Assembly (NCBI GenBank): GCA_030748635.1
Contig: JASMLP010000135.1
Location: 11,862-75,861 of the forward strand
DNA length: 64,000 bases
Reading direction: 5' to 3'
DNA from: Planctomycetota bacterium
GTDB taxonomy: Bacteria > Planctomycetota > JACQVV01 > JASMLP01
The position numbers and the translations under genes were made by a program. A model generated the notes under the pieces. It ran no database searches. It was given only the letters and a program-made list of their open reading frames with translations, and was not told the DNA's origin. Each line of letters opens with the position of its first letter. Position 1 is the stretch's first letter. Positions 10,201 through 18,352 of the stretch are shown here, one piece after another.

Positions 10201-10902
10201 AAAAGCACGCGTCACATCGCGAGAGTCCGCACTCGGCCCAAAGAGATCACAACCTACATCGGCCAAGCCATCGTCAACAAGATTAACGAGCCGAATCCAA
10301 CGGAAGGGAAAATCGGCTTTACCTCCACGAGTTTTCGCATTCTGGAACGGGTAGAAATTGTCGGGACCCTGAACTCCGAATGGAAAATTCAGAAGTCGAA
10401 AACCCTTGTCCTCGCTGAAGAACTGATGGAAGAGTTTGGCTTTTCCAGCGGCAACTATCGATCCGGCTTCCAGGCGACCCTCTACAATTCCACGACCCTC
10501 GATTCCATGAAAGAAGTGCGTCTTGATCCCAGGATCGAATTCAACTGGAATGAAGATCGCCCCTCTCCCAAGCTTCCCGCCGACCGATTTTCTATTCGTT
10601 GGAATGGACACCTCCTGATCCCGAAATCGGGCACCTATGAATTTCAAACCCGCAGTGACGACGGAGTCCGCCTGTACCTGAACAACAAGCGGGTCATCGA
10701 CCACTGGGACCAACATGGGCCAGAAAAGGACTCTTACCGAATCCACCTCGAGCAAGGCCTGGTCCCCATCCAACTGGAATATTTTGAACAGGGGGGAGGA
10801 GCGACGATTTCTCTACAATGGAAATGGGCAGAACAGTCCGAGTGGATTCCCGTTTCCTGGCCCTATATCTTCGTACTCCAGCCATCCAAGACCCGACGAT
10901 GA
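7207..10902 (+). CDS. Transmembrane Hanks-type Ser/Thr protein kinase with extracytoplasmic TPR-like, lectin-like and PA14 domains
   Basis: 1231 aa. The N-terminus has a T2SS-E-N/MshEN-like helical motif (LLSPETLGEARTRW...MLVAEGHITTKQ). It is followed by a kinase core (GVGGMGAVYRA...VALKIL, HRDIKPENILL, DFGLA, GTPHYMSPE). One TM helix (LALAGVILAGVLAIVIF) is followed by a Pro-rich linker and a long TPR-like region. The C-terminal PA14-like domain reads RFSIRWNGHLLIPKSGTYEFQTRSDDGVRLYLNNKRVIDHWDQHG. Confidence 0.85.
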   Translation: MSDPSKTESSSTRSTVPPHQDQRFEKIVLRNDLLSPETLGEARTRWNKQCRNGSTQSFPEMLVAEGHITTKQAAAISKRLVRQIAGYVLLDKIGVGGMGAVYRAEQKSLDKVVALKILPAKLAADEDFIKRFEREAQSLAKLNHPHIVQAIDFGKDKGLYYISMEYVPGQSLLDLMKRENKLSEIRALEIALQIAMALEHACEHGVIHRDIKPENILLTEEGDAKITDFGLAKEPEAGNNAFRTTAGLTFGTPHYMSPEQAEGLPDLDTRSDIYSLGATLYHMLTGKTPFRGDSDAEIMTMHLDAEPDDPRLYCPDLSSPTATMLRKMMAKRPRSRYQHPHEVSQSILKILSDEFSSSQLDLLTRLPSATGKSSKRILPTTLSDSRKPIPPQLTLALAGVILAGVLAIVIFSNRSTPPPPSPTPPPPLPSAPLIGINPESQDLTPQELQERNAQDLWKQYQAEIKNSRDHPQHSLEILDQIVKLHPGRWADQALQEKKSLLSQIKSDQALQPLTARTNTLIKQHQYAKAIHLLGSFQKQYPGTPASETASQRILEIRSFWNRSIDEWLEKARESESKGDLQNALSLYALLEIHGNAEGQSLGKANRLRIQTLRNTPKKNPLQKEPPKPSRGQPDPGPLYAKLVNALLEPVRSRKYNGALQFLQSIEADSNRTPEHPAASQLHQDLTSIQSVLEKASEALKNNAPPSRAFYIDGSRRILDSFRDNRLHWQRKSLPTPLSELPTRYLAELAETGGASPKSLGLFLIAEGVSEVGQEMLEKAQVPQAEKSWRIRDWCALRDRNHPRETEAAEIVRSLRKSIQKNSWKASRPPMRLIRTQYADTYTATREGAELWDLYLEMGAKLYPVKKFFSGSTTQTNQSVKIQYLFTKENHRQDWRSIGGKTWTPSPKGWHGKGKILLQRGHWKEVLVSARWEAHPNRGAASILFGWQDPENYYFFGPQYDNQKLNTSHFHYDENVDKSIPKPLKGRTTQKPFRGLFPSKSTRHIARVRTRPKEITTYIGQAIVNKINEPNPTEGKIGFTSTSFRILERVEIVGTLNSEWKIQKSKTLVLAEELMEEFGFSSGNYRSGFQATLYNSTTLDSMKEVRLDPRIEFNWNEDRPSPKLPADRFSIRWNGHLLIPKSGTYEFQTRSDDGVRLYLNNKRVIDHWDQHGPEKDSYRIHLEQGLVPIQLEYFEQGGGATISLQWKWAEQSEWIPVSWPYIFVLQPSKTRR

Positions 10903-11819
10903 CTGAGCAATGTATTGAAATTCGCGACCACCAGATAGTCATACTGGATCTCAACCCGGATCGACTGGACGCCGCTCTTCGAGAACACGAGACCGACTGG
11001 CTGCCACGCGCCACCCCAAACGCCACTCTTATCGTCTCGGAGATTGACGACCCACTGCTCCCCCAAACACTTGGAGTGATCGCTGAGTGCTGCCGTCGAG
11101 CAGTCATCGCCGGATTCCGAATCCACGTTCAGGTCACTCCAGAGCAGCAGCAAGCTTTCGAGCGGGCGGGAGCTCGAGATCTGACCTTTCGGGTCGTCTC
11201 CAGTCCGAAAAAGTCGACTGAAAAGTCACCTTCCACCGTCCTCCCCGCCGTTCGTGCCCAGAAGCCAGAAGCTTCCTCTCCGGCGAGTCCAAATCCACTG
11301 ACATTTCTCAAGGCCGCAGCCTCCATCGACGATCTCGCTCCTGACGAAAAGGGCAATATCACTCTTTTTTTGACCAACATGCCCGATCTGGATGACCGTG
11401 AATCCCAGATCCTCTCCCCCTTGGTCGTCTCTCGCGAGCGATCTAAATATTTCGGTCGCCAAGAGAAGGAACCGGAGCGTAGAGACACCATGCGTCGAAA
11501 TATCGGAGACGCAATAGTCCTTTTTCGTGCCGGGCCAGAAGGAAAAGATTGGCGCGGCCCCGTACTCGATCTCTCCGCGAAGGGGATCCAGTTCATCACC
11601 GACCAGAATCTCGAATTGGGGGATAAGGTTCAGGTCGCCCTCGATCTTCCCAGCATGATCGAAAAGCTCACTTCAGAGGGGAAGGTTATCTGGAAACGCA
11701 TCATCGAAAAAAAAGGGAAAACCTTTTACCGGATTGGCGCCAGTTTCGTATCTCCCTCTCGATCCTTTGTGGAAAAGCTACTCGAGAAAATCGGAGACTC
11801 CGAGCCTCAATCCTCCTGA
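10899..11819 (+). CDS. STAS-like N-terminal domain fused to C-terminal PilZ (c-di-GMP binding) domain
   Basis: I place the start at the ATG at 10899, which overlaps the kinase TGA as ATGA. The PilZ motifs are RRDTMRR (the RxxxR motif) and DLSAKGIQF (the DxSxxG motif). The N-terminal ~100 aa (IVILDLNPDRLDAALRE...RIHVQVTPEQQQAFERAGARDLTF) resemble a STAS/anti-sigma-antagonist fold. Confidence 0.6.
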   Translation: MTEQCIEIRDHQIVILDLNPDRLDAALREHETDWLPRATPNATLIVSEIDDPLLPQTLGVIAECCRRAVIAGFRIHVQVTPEQQQAFERAGARDLTFRVVSSPKKSTEKSPSTVLPAVRAQKPEASSPASPNPLTFLKAAASIDDLAPDEKGNITLFLTNMPDLDDRESQILSPLVVSRERSKYFGRQEKEPERRDTMRRNIGDAIVLFRAGPEGKDWRGPVLDLSAKGIQFITDQNLELGDKVQVALDLPSMIEKLTSEGKVIWKRIIEKKGKTFYRIGASFVSPSRSFVEKLLEKIGDSEPQSS

Positions 11820-12566
11820 ATCGAGTCGAGACACAAGGCGTGGAAGAAGTTCACCGGCCGCTCCACAAAGTGTGATATCAGCTACCGAGTCGCTGAGACC
11901 CGTTCGCTCCAAATTGATTTCCACGACCGGGATTCCGCGGGAAGAAGCGATACGTGGCAGTTCCGCAAACGGCCACACTTCGGCTCGGGTCCCGATGACC
12001 AGAACCAGATCGGCTGTATCGACCGCCTCCCGTCCCTGCTGGAGCGCCCTTTGAGGAATCAATTCCCCGAAAAGGATCACATCCGGTTTGAGTATCGCCC
12101 CACAAGAAGGACAGGGAGGCGGAATCTGATGCCCTCTCTGTGCATGTTCCACCCGATGCGAGCAATCCAGACAGACCAGCGTTCGCCCATTCCCGTGATA
12201 TTCGATTACATTACGTGAACCGGCCGCCTGATGCAGGCCGTCGATGTTCTGGGTCAGGATCCAGCGAACGATCTCCTTCTCCTGAAGTTCGACCAGGGCG
12301 CGGTGAGCCGGATTCGGGCGAGCACCCAAAACAACCTCTTCGAGTTCCGCCAGCATGCGCCAGACCTTAGGCGGATCCCGCCGAAAGGCCTCTATCGTCG
12401 CATACTCCTGAGGATCAAACCGCTCCCACAGCCCGCCGCGACCGCGAAAATCGGGAATACCGCTCTCCACGGAGATACCTGCACCAGTCAGAGCCAGAGC
12501 GTTCCTGGCCCCTGCCAGAAGCTCGACCGTTCGACGAAGCGCTTCCTGCGGATCGGAGGCGTCCAT
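11778..12566 (-). CDS. cobB: NAD-dependent protein deacylase, Sir2 family
   Basis: Motifs GAGISVESGIPDFRG, TQNIDGLH and a CxxC...CxxC zinc ribbon are present. The 3' end overlaps the convergent PilZ gene by about 40 bp. Confidence 0.9.
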   Translation of the reverse strand: MDASDPQEALRRTVELLAGARNALALTGAGISVESGIPDFRGRGGLWERFDPQEYATIEAFRRDPPKVWRMLAELEEVVLGARPNPAHRALVELQEKEIVRWILTQNIDGLHQAAGSRNVIEYHGNGRTLVCLDCSHRVEHAQRGHQIPPPCPSCGAILKPDVILFGELIPQRALQQGREAVDTADLVLVIGTRAEVWPFAELPRIASSRGIPVVEINLERTGLSDSVADITLCGAAGELLPRLVSRLDSGGLRLGVSDFLE

Positions 12567-12578
12567 TCAGATGTCAAA

Positions 12579-12935
12579 TCAGGCGGTAGCTGCGGATCGT
12601 GCCTTCTCGAGAAGCTGAGTAAAACCCTCGGGATCGTGCACCGCCATTTCGGCGAGCATCTTCCGGTTGACCGGAATATTCGCGTCTTGTAGCGCGTGAA
12701 TAAACGCGGAATAGGTCATCCCTCGCTCGCGTGCGGCCGCTCCAATCCGCTCGATCCAGAGTGTCCGAAAATCCCGCTTACGAGTCTTCCGGTCACGATA
12801 AGCAAACGCTTCGGCACGAACAACGGTCTCTTTAACGGTGCGCCAGAGCTTACTCCGACCGCCTCGATATCCCTTCGCTGCACGAAACCACTTCTTTTTT
12901 TGTTGCCGGCGTACCCGACCCTTTGTCGCTCTCAT
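12579..12935 (-). CDS. rplT: 50S ribosomal protein L20
   Basis: MRATKGRVRRQQKKKWFRAAKGYRGGRSKLWR is a canonical L20 N-terminus. Confidence 0.95.
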   Translation of the reverse strand: MRATKGRVRRQQKKKWFRAAKGYRGGRSKLWRTVKETVVRAEAFAYRDRKTRKRDFRTLWIERIGAAARERGMTYSAFIHALQDANIPVNRKMLAEMAVHDPEGFTQLLEKARSAATA

Positions 12936-12949
12936 AGCTCAATTACACC

Positions 12950-13147
12950 TCAGGACGGAGAAAGTAAACGTTTGACCCGCTTGGCCTGGAGGCCTACGAC
13001 CAGGGCTCCCTGTCGAAGCCGGCGACGGCGCTTTGCATTCTTCGTCGTCATCAGATGTCCTGCCCCAGACTTAAATCGCCGGACCTTGCCGGTACCGGTC
13101 AATCTCATGCGCTTGGCAGAACTTTTGTGAGTTTTCATTTTCGGCAT
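12950..13147 (-). CDS. rpmI: 50S ribosomal protein L35
   Basis: MPKMKTHKSSAKRMRLTGTGKVRR; 65 aa, basic. Confidence 0.9.
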   Translation of the reverse strand: MPKMKTHKSSAKRMRLTGTGKVRRFKSGAGHLMTTKNAKRRRRLRQGALVVGLQAKRVKRLLSPS

Positions 13148-13183
13148 GATTACTGAAATTCCATGTTAGCTGTTTGCTGATGT

Positions 13184-13714
13184 CTAGTGCTTGGCGAGTG
13201 GAGCCAGCGTCATACTCATCCGATTTCCTTGATGACGGGCCGGGCTTTCGATTTTGGCAAGATCTTCGAGTTGTTCCATCATATGGTTCAGTACGAGTTC
13301 ACCCCGCTCAGGATGAATGTTTTCACGTCCACGAAAAAAACAGGTCAAAATGACCTTGTCGCCCGATTCGAGAAAACGACGAGTCTTCCTGACCTTCACA
13401 TCAATATCATGCTTATCGGTCTTGGGTCGAAGACGGATCTCCTTGACCTCGACAGTATGTTGCTTATCTCGAGATTGACGTTCTTTCTTTTTCTGGTCGT
13501 ACTTGAATTTACCGTAATCCATCAATCGGCATACCGGCGGATTGGCATTGGGAGCAACTTCAACGAGATCCAACCCTTTTTCATCGGCGATGTTGAGCGC
13601 TTCGGGCGTTTTGATTGCCCCAAGCTTGACTCCCTCATCGTCTATAACAAGCACCTCTCGCGCCCGAATCCGATCATTAACCCGAAAATCTTTCAAACCG
13701 ACTAGACACCTCAT
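13184..13714 (-). CDS. infC: Translation initiation factor IF-3
   Basis: Contains INDRIRAREVLVIDDEGVKLG, YGKFKYDQKKKE and KEIRLRPKTDKHD. Gene order infC-rpmI-rplT is classical. The true start may be a non-ATG codon near the annotated one. Confidence 0.9.
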   Translation of the reverse strand: MRCLVGLKDFRVNDRIRAREVLVIDDEGVKLGAIKTPEALNIADEKGLDLVEVAPNANPPVCRLMDYGKFKYDQKKKERQSRDKQHTVEVKEIRLRPKTDKHDIDVKVRKTRRFLESGDKVILTCFFRGRENIHPERGELVLNHMMEQLEDLAKIESPARHQGNRMSMTLAPLAKH

Positions 13715-13881
13715 TATTGAATTTTTGATGTTACTGAAAGCAGAGATCCCTCTTCTTTTTATCGAAGATGAATTCTGTGGCGGTTGTTTATATCAAAACT
13801 GAGCTTGAGCGTCGGAAATTTTTTTCAAAATCGGCACATTTCCATTTACCCGAAAATCCACCTGACTTCAGGATGCGCCCC

Positions 13882-13911
13882 TTGACACCCTCCCAGACTC
13901 CCGAATAATAC
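13882..13911 (+). promoter_or_regulatory. Putative sigma-70-type promoter for the WD40 gene
   Basis: TTGACA at 13882-13887, then a 17-18 nt spacer and an ATAATA/TAATAC -10 element about 55 nt upstream of the ATG at 13964. Confidence 0.3.
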
Positions 13912-13963
13912 CCAACCACGTCCTAAATAGGCTCGACTTCCCTCCATACTGGAGATAACGACC

Positions 13964-15022
13964 GTGAGACTGCCCATCCTCGCCTTGATTTTCTTCTCCC
14001 TGTCCTTCCCCTCGGTTCTTGCGCAGGATGAAACTCCTCCCTCGGCCGAAGCCAAAAAAGCTTCCAAGGGGTGGGGATCCTCCAAATCCATCCGCGAATG
14101 GAAGGCCCACCAGACTTTCTCCCTTTCGATCAGTCCTGACGGGAAGCATCTCGTCACCGGCAGTGAAGACAAGAATGCGAAGGTGTGGAATACCGAAAGC
14201 GGGAAAACCCTGACCGACCTCACCGGCCATGATGACTGGGTGCGATCGGTACGATTCAGCCCAGACGGGAAACACATCGTCACCGGAGGCGAAGACCAAA
14301 AAATCATGGTGTTCGGTCTCGACGGGAAGCAAAGATCTTCCGCCAGCACGGAGGGGGGTGTCCTGGACATTCAATTTTCCAATGACGGAAAATCGATCGC
14401 CGTCGCCACCAAAGATAAGTTGGTGCAGATTTTTTCGTTCCCCGAACTCAAACTAGTCCGTGATCTCCGCGGCCATACCGACTGGATCTGGTCGGTCGCC
14501 TTCAATGCCGATGGGACCTGGCTGGCCACCGCATCGGAAGACGACTCCGTTCGCCTCTGGGATGTGAAGACCGGGAAGGAAATCATCGAACTCCGTAAAA
14601 GCCACGACAAGAATATCAATGCCGTCTACACCGTTTCCTTCCACCCGACCTTGAGCAAAGTGCTCCTTTCGGGGAATCTCGACAACACCGTCGACATATG
14701 GGATCTCGACAAAGCGGGCGAAAAATCCAAAGATGAAGAAGGCAATGAAAAACCGATGTGGAAAGAGACCCCTGTCCACACCATCGACGCCTTCGATGAT
14801 AGCGTGCGATCGATCTCCTTTACCGACGACGGAACTTATTTTGCTACCGGCTCGAGTGACAATCGAGTTCGCATCTGGGAATGGAAAGGCCTCACGGAAG
14901 TCCCTTCCCTTCTCAAAACACACGATGCGGGAAAAGGGATGCTCTGGTCGGTCGAATTTGCGTCAGACGGCGCCTATCTCGCGACCGGAGGCGAGGACAA
15001 ACACATCCGTCTCTGGAAGTAA
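13964..15022 (+). CDS. Secreted WD40-repeat (beta-propeller) protein
   Basis: An N-terminal signal peptide is followed by repeated SPDGKHLVTGSEDKNAKVW/SPDGKHIVTGGED WD40 units. 352 aa. Confidence 0.8.
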   Translation: MRLPILALIFFSLSFPSVLAQDETPPSAEAKKASKGWGSSKSIREWKAHQTFSLSISPDGKHLVTGSEDKNAKVWNTESGKTLTDLTGHDDWVRSVRFSPDGKHIVTGGEDQKIMVFGLDGKQRSSASTEGGVLDIQFSNDGKSIAVATKDKLVQIFSFPELKLVRDLRGHTDWIWSVAFNADGTWLATASEDDSVRLWDVKTGKEIIELRKSHDKNINAVYTVSFHPTLSKVLLSGNLDNTVDIWDLDKAGEKSKDEEGNEKPMWKETPVHTIDAFDDSVRSISFTDDGTYFATGSSDNRVRIWEWKGLTEVPSLLKTHDAGKGMLWSVEFASDGAYLATGGEDKHIRLWK

Positions 15023-15101
15023 TCGCCAGGATTTCATCTTCCTCGCCTTTCCTGGCTGACACGATCAAAGTTCCAATCCCAGAACGCAAATCGAATCCCT
15101 C

Positions 15102-16931
15102 ATGAATCTCATCGAAACAGTCGACGTAATCGTCGTCGGGGGAGGACATGCCGGGACCGAAGCTGCCCTGGCCTCGAGTCGGAGGGGAGCCCGAACTCTT
15201 CTGGTTACGATGAACCTGGACACCATCGGCCAGATGTCATGCAATCCGGCGATCGGCGGACTGGCCAAGGGACAAATAGCCCGGGAAGTCGATGCTCTGG
15301 GCGGACTGATGGGGCGAGCGATCGACGCCACCGGAATCCAGTTCCGCATGCTCGGCACGGGCAAGGGACCTGCCGTCCGCGCTCCACGGGCTCAGGCGGA
15401 CAAGCGGGCCTATCAGCACTACGTTCGGTTCGCCTGCGAAGAAGCCGACAATCTCCTGCTACGACAAGATGAAGTTCACGCCCTGATACTGGAAGGTGGT
15501 CAGGCCGTCGGGTTGACAACCCGTTCGGGCTCGATCTATCGAGCCCGATCCATCGTGCTCACGACCGGAACATTCCTGGGAGGTCAACTTCATGTGGGAG
15601 AAGAACAGAGTCCGGGTGGACGGGCCGGTGAGCAGTCCGCCCTCTCCCTTTCGAACTCCCTGGCCGACCTGGGTTTTGAAATGAGTCGCCTGAAAACAGG
15701 AACCCCTCCCCGACTGCACGCCCAATCGATCGATTTCAGCTCTTTCGAGGTCCAGCCCGGGGACGATGTCCCTTGTCCCTTCTCCTTTCAGACCTCTGAC
15801 CTGCAAGTCGATCAACTCCCCTGCCACATCGCCTGGACCAACTCCAGAACCCACGACATCATCCGCGCCAACATCGAAAGAAGCCCGATCTTTTCCGGCC
15901 AGATCCAAAGTGCCGGCCCCCGCTACTGTCCCTCCATCGAAGACAAAATCGTCCGATTCGCCGACAAGAATCGTCACCAGATTTTCCTCGAGCCCGAAGG
16001 GCGATCGACTCATGAAATCTATGTAAATGGAATATCGACATCCCTACCTCCGGATGTCCAGACAGAACTCATCCATTCGATCCAGGGACTCGAAAAGGCG
16101 CAGATTCTGCGTTTCGGTTATGCCGTTGAATACGACTACGTTATCCCTACCGAACTCTCATCCACCTTAGAAGCCCACCGCGTTCCTGGACTTTTCCTGG
16201 CCGGCCAGATCAACGGAACCACCGGCTACGAAGAAGCCGCCGCCCAGGGGCTCCTCGCCGGCGCCAACGCAGCCGGTCGAGTTCTGGACACCCCCCCACT
16301 AACACTGGGCCGGAGTGAGGCCTATATCGGCGTCCTGATCGACGACCTCATCACCAAGGGCACCAATGAGCCGTACCGGATGTTCACCAGTCGGGCAGAA
16401 TTCCGCCTTCTCCTCCGCCACGACAACGCCGATCGTCGACTCGTTCCCCGAGCCGCGGACCTAGGGCTCGTCTCGGAAGAAGAACGTCAACGAGTCCAAA
16501 ACAACGAGGAGGAGATCGTTCGGGGCCTGGAACTGCTTCGCACGCTCCGAAACGGAGGGGTTCCGCTCTCCCGAATTCTTCGCCGCCCCGAAGTAGACTG
16601 GAACAAGATTCTCGATCTCGACCCCTCCGGGGAGTTGAGGCAGTTCTCTCCTCCCCTCGCTCGTCAGATCGAAATCGAAGCCAAATATGCTGGCTATATC
16701 GAGCGCCAGCAGCGAGATGTCGATAAACTCCTCGCGGCCGAAACCGAAATTATCCCCAGCGACCTCGATTTCGACTCGATACACGGCCTCTCCAACGAGG
16801 CCCGAGAAAAACTCGGGCAAGCCCGCCCGGGTTCGATCGGTCAGGCCTCTCGAATCTCGGGCATTACTCCGGCTGATCTGGGCGTTTTATCCATCGTCCT
16901 CTCCGCTCGTAAACGATCTCGGGACTCCTAA
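15102..16931 (+). CDS. mnmG: tRNA uridine-5-carboxymethylaminomethyl synthesis enzyme MnmG (GidA)
   Basis: [17 protein letters not shown]...[14 protein letters not shown]...[14 protein letters not shown]; the full-length protein reads as MnmG throughout. Confidence 0.95.
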   Translation: MNLIETVDVIVVGGGHAGTEAALASSRRGARTLLVTMNLDTIGQMSCNPAIGGLAKGQIAREVDALGGLMGRAIDATGIQFRMLGTGKGPAVRAPRAQADKRAYQHYVRFACEEADNLLLRQDEVHALILEGGQAVGLTTRSGSIYRARSIVLTTGTFLGGQLHVGEEQSPGGRAGEQSALSLSNSLADLGFEMSRLKTGTPPRLHAQSIDFSSFEVQPGDDVPCPFSFQTSDLQVDQLPCHIAWTNSRTHDIIRANIERSPIFSGQIQSAGPRYCPSIEDKIVRFADKNRHQIFLEPEGRSTHEIYVNGISTSLPPDVQTELIHSIQGLEKAQILRFGYAVEYDYVIPTELSSTLEAHRVPGLFLAGQINGTTGYEEAAAQGLLAGANAAGRVLDTPPLTLGRSEAYIGVLIDDLITKGTNEPYRMFTSRAEFRLLLRHDNADRRLVPRAADLGLVSEEERQRVQNNEEEIVRGLELLRTLRNGGVPLSRILRRPEVDWNKILDLDPSGELRQFSPPLARQIEIEAKYAGYIERQQRDVDKLLAAETEIIPSDLDFDSIHGLSNEAREKLGQARPGSIGQASRISGITPADLGVLSIVLSARKRSRDS

Positions 16932-17125
16932 CACGCTCTCTTGGGAGGGCTTGGCCTTGCTCGATCGGCTCGAGAAAACTCCACCTATAGTGGTTTCCTC
17001 TGCCAAACCGCGAAATATCGTAGCACAGGGTTGCCCCCGTCGCACCGGAAGCGTATCCTCGTGTTTCTACCAGACAACAAGGCGCGAAACATCGAGCGCC
17101 GAGGGAATTTTGAGGAGATAATGAG

Positions 17126-17581
17126 ATGGCAAATCTGAATAAAGTGCTTCTGATGGGCAACCTGACTCGCGACCCGGAACTGAGGACCATTCCCTCGGGA
17201 CAGACGGTATGCGAATTGGGCCTGGCCACCAACCGTTCCTGGACCACCCCACAGGGTGAAAAAAGGGAAGAGGTCACCTTCGTGGACATCACCGTATGGG
17301 GACGGCAGGGAGAAAACTGTAGCAAGTACCTTTCCAAGGGGCGCCCGGTCTACGTCGAAGGCCGCCTGCAATTAAGCCAGTGGGAGACCCCGGAAGGCCA
17401 GAAACGCAGCAAACTCCGCGTGGTTGCCGAACGGGTTCAGTTCCTGGGCAGTCCTCGCGACGGCGCCGGATCCCAAACCGGATCCTATCAGACGGCTTCC
17501 GCCCCCAGCGCTCCCTCGCAGGGGTACTCCAATTCCAACCAGTTTTCGAACGATTTTTCGGACGAAAACCTACCGTTCTGA
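17126..17581 (+). CDS. ssb: Single-stranded DNA-binding protein
   Basis: An OB-fold N-terminus (NKVLLMGNLTRDPELR...) is followed by a Gly/Ser/Gln-rich tail ending in the acidic tip DENLPF. Confidence 0.9.
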   Translation: MANLNKVLLMGNLTRDPELRTIPSGQTVCELGLATNRSWTTPQGEKREEVTFVDITVWGRQGENCSKYLSKGRPVYVEGRLQLSQWETPEGQKRSKLRVVAERVQFLGSPRDGAGSQTGSYQTASAPSAPSQGYSNSNQFSNDFSDENLPF

Positions 17582-17599
17582 TCCTTCGACTCTTCCTAT

Positions 17600-17635
17600 C
17601 CTCCCCCGTGTTCGGGGGAGGATATTTCTTTTTCA
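17600..17635 (+). terminator. Rho-independent terminator downstream of ssb
   Basis: Perfect stem CCTCCCCCG / CGGGGGAGG with loop TGTT, followed by the T-rich run ATATTTCTTTTT. Confidence 0.6.
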
Positions 17636-17661
17636 GGCAGCGTTTGCCAGGCTCTTAGCCC

Positions 17662-18255
17662 ATGTTTACCGGACTCATCGTCGAGATCGGCCTCGTAACT
17701 CAGAAAGTCGATACGGGCCGTGTCACTCGCCTCGAAGTCGAGGCCCCATCGATCGCCCCCAAAGTGGAGATCGGCGCCAGCGTGGCCGTATCCGGCGTCT
17801 GCCTGACCGTGGTCGAGATCAACGACTCCAGGTTAGCCTTTGAAATGATTCCCGAGACCCTCGATCGAACCCATCTCGGTTCGATTTCCCAGGGAGACGG
17901 AGTCAATCTCGAAGGGGCCCTTTGCGCGGGTGATCCCCTCGGCGGCCATTTCGTTCAGGGCCATGTCGACGGAGTCGGAACAACCGTTCGTAACCAGTTG
18001 GAAGGTGAAGAGCACATCCTCGAAGTCGCCTTGCCCGCAGACCAGCTACGTTTTCTGGTCGAAAAGGGTTCTGTCGCCATTGATGGCGTGAGCCTCACCG
18101 TGACTGAAGTCGGCCCCGAGTCGTTCGCGGTCGCCCTGATTCCTCACACACTGGATGTCACCACCCTCAGTCGACTACGTCCGGGCGACCCGGTTCACAT
18201 CGAGGTCGATATCCTGGCCAAATACGTCCAAAACCTCCTCCCGCCAGCAGGATAG
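17662..18255 (+). CDS. ribE: Riboflavin synthase (alpha subunit)
   Basis: MFTGLIVEIG at the N-terminus and a duplicated lumazine-binding half containing VSGVCLTV / DGVSLTV. Confidence 0.85.
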   Translation: MFTGLIVEIGLVTQKVDTGRVTRLEVEAPSIAPKVEIGASVAVSGVCLTVVEINDSRLAFEMIPETLDRTHLGSISQGDGVNLEGALCAGDPLGGHFVQGHVDGVGTTVRNQLEGEEHILEVALPADQLRFLVEKGSVAIDGVSLTVTEVGPESFAVALIPHTLDVTTLSRLRPGDPVHIEVDILAKYVQNLLPPAG

Positions 18256-18352
18256 TCTTGACGACCGACTCCTCGGTTCAGCCCGGATCGATACAACCGG
18301 CGTAAATCCACGGATCAGACCCCGCCGAGTACAGAGCGAAGCGAACTTCCGA

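Noticed and set aside
10189-10773. 194-aa minus-strand ORF antisense to the kinase gene. The same reasoning applies to the antisense ORFs at 33503..34159, 28830..29510, 15459..16013, 41293..41817 and 45328..45963.
   Set aside because: Each is entirely embedded opposite or out of frame with a strongly supported CDS. Each is low-complexity with no motifs, typical of antisense open frames in high-GC genes.
10818-10898. Upstream ATG (10818) for the STAS-PilZ gene
   Set aside because: It would overlap the kinase by 85 nt in another frame. The ATG at 10899 gives the typical ATGA stop/start coupling and begins the conserved STAS-like segment.
16820-16845. GGGTTCGATCGG T-arm-like sequence
   Set aside because: It lies inside the well-supported mnmG CDS and has no flanking acceptor/anticodon structure, so it is not a tRNA. 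No tRNA, rRNA, tmRNA or CRISPR repeat array was detected anywhere in the window.
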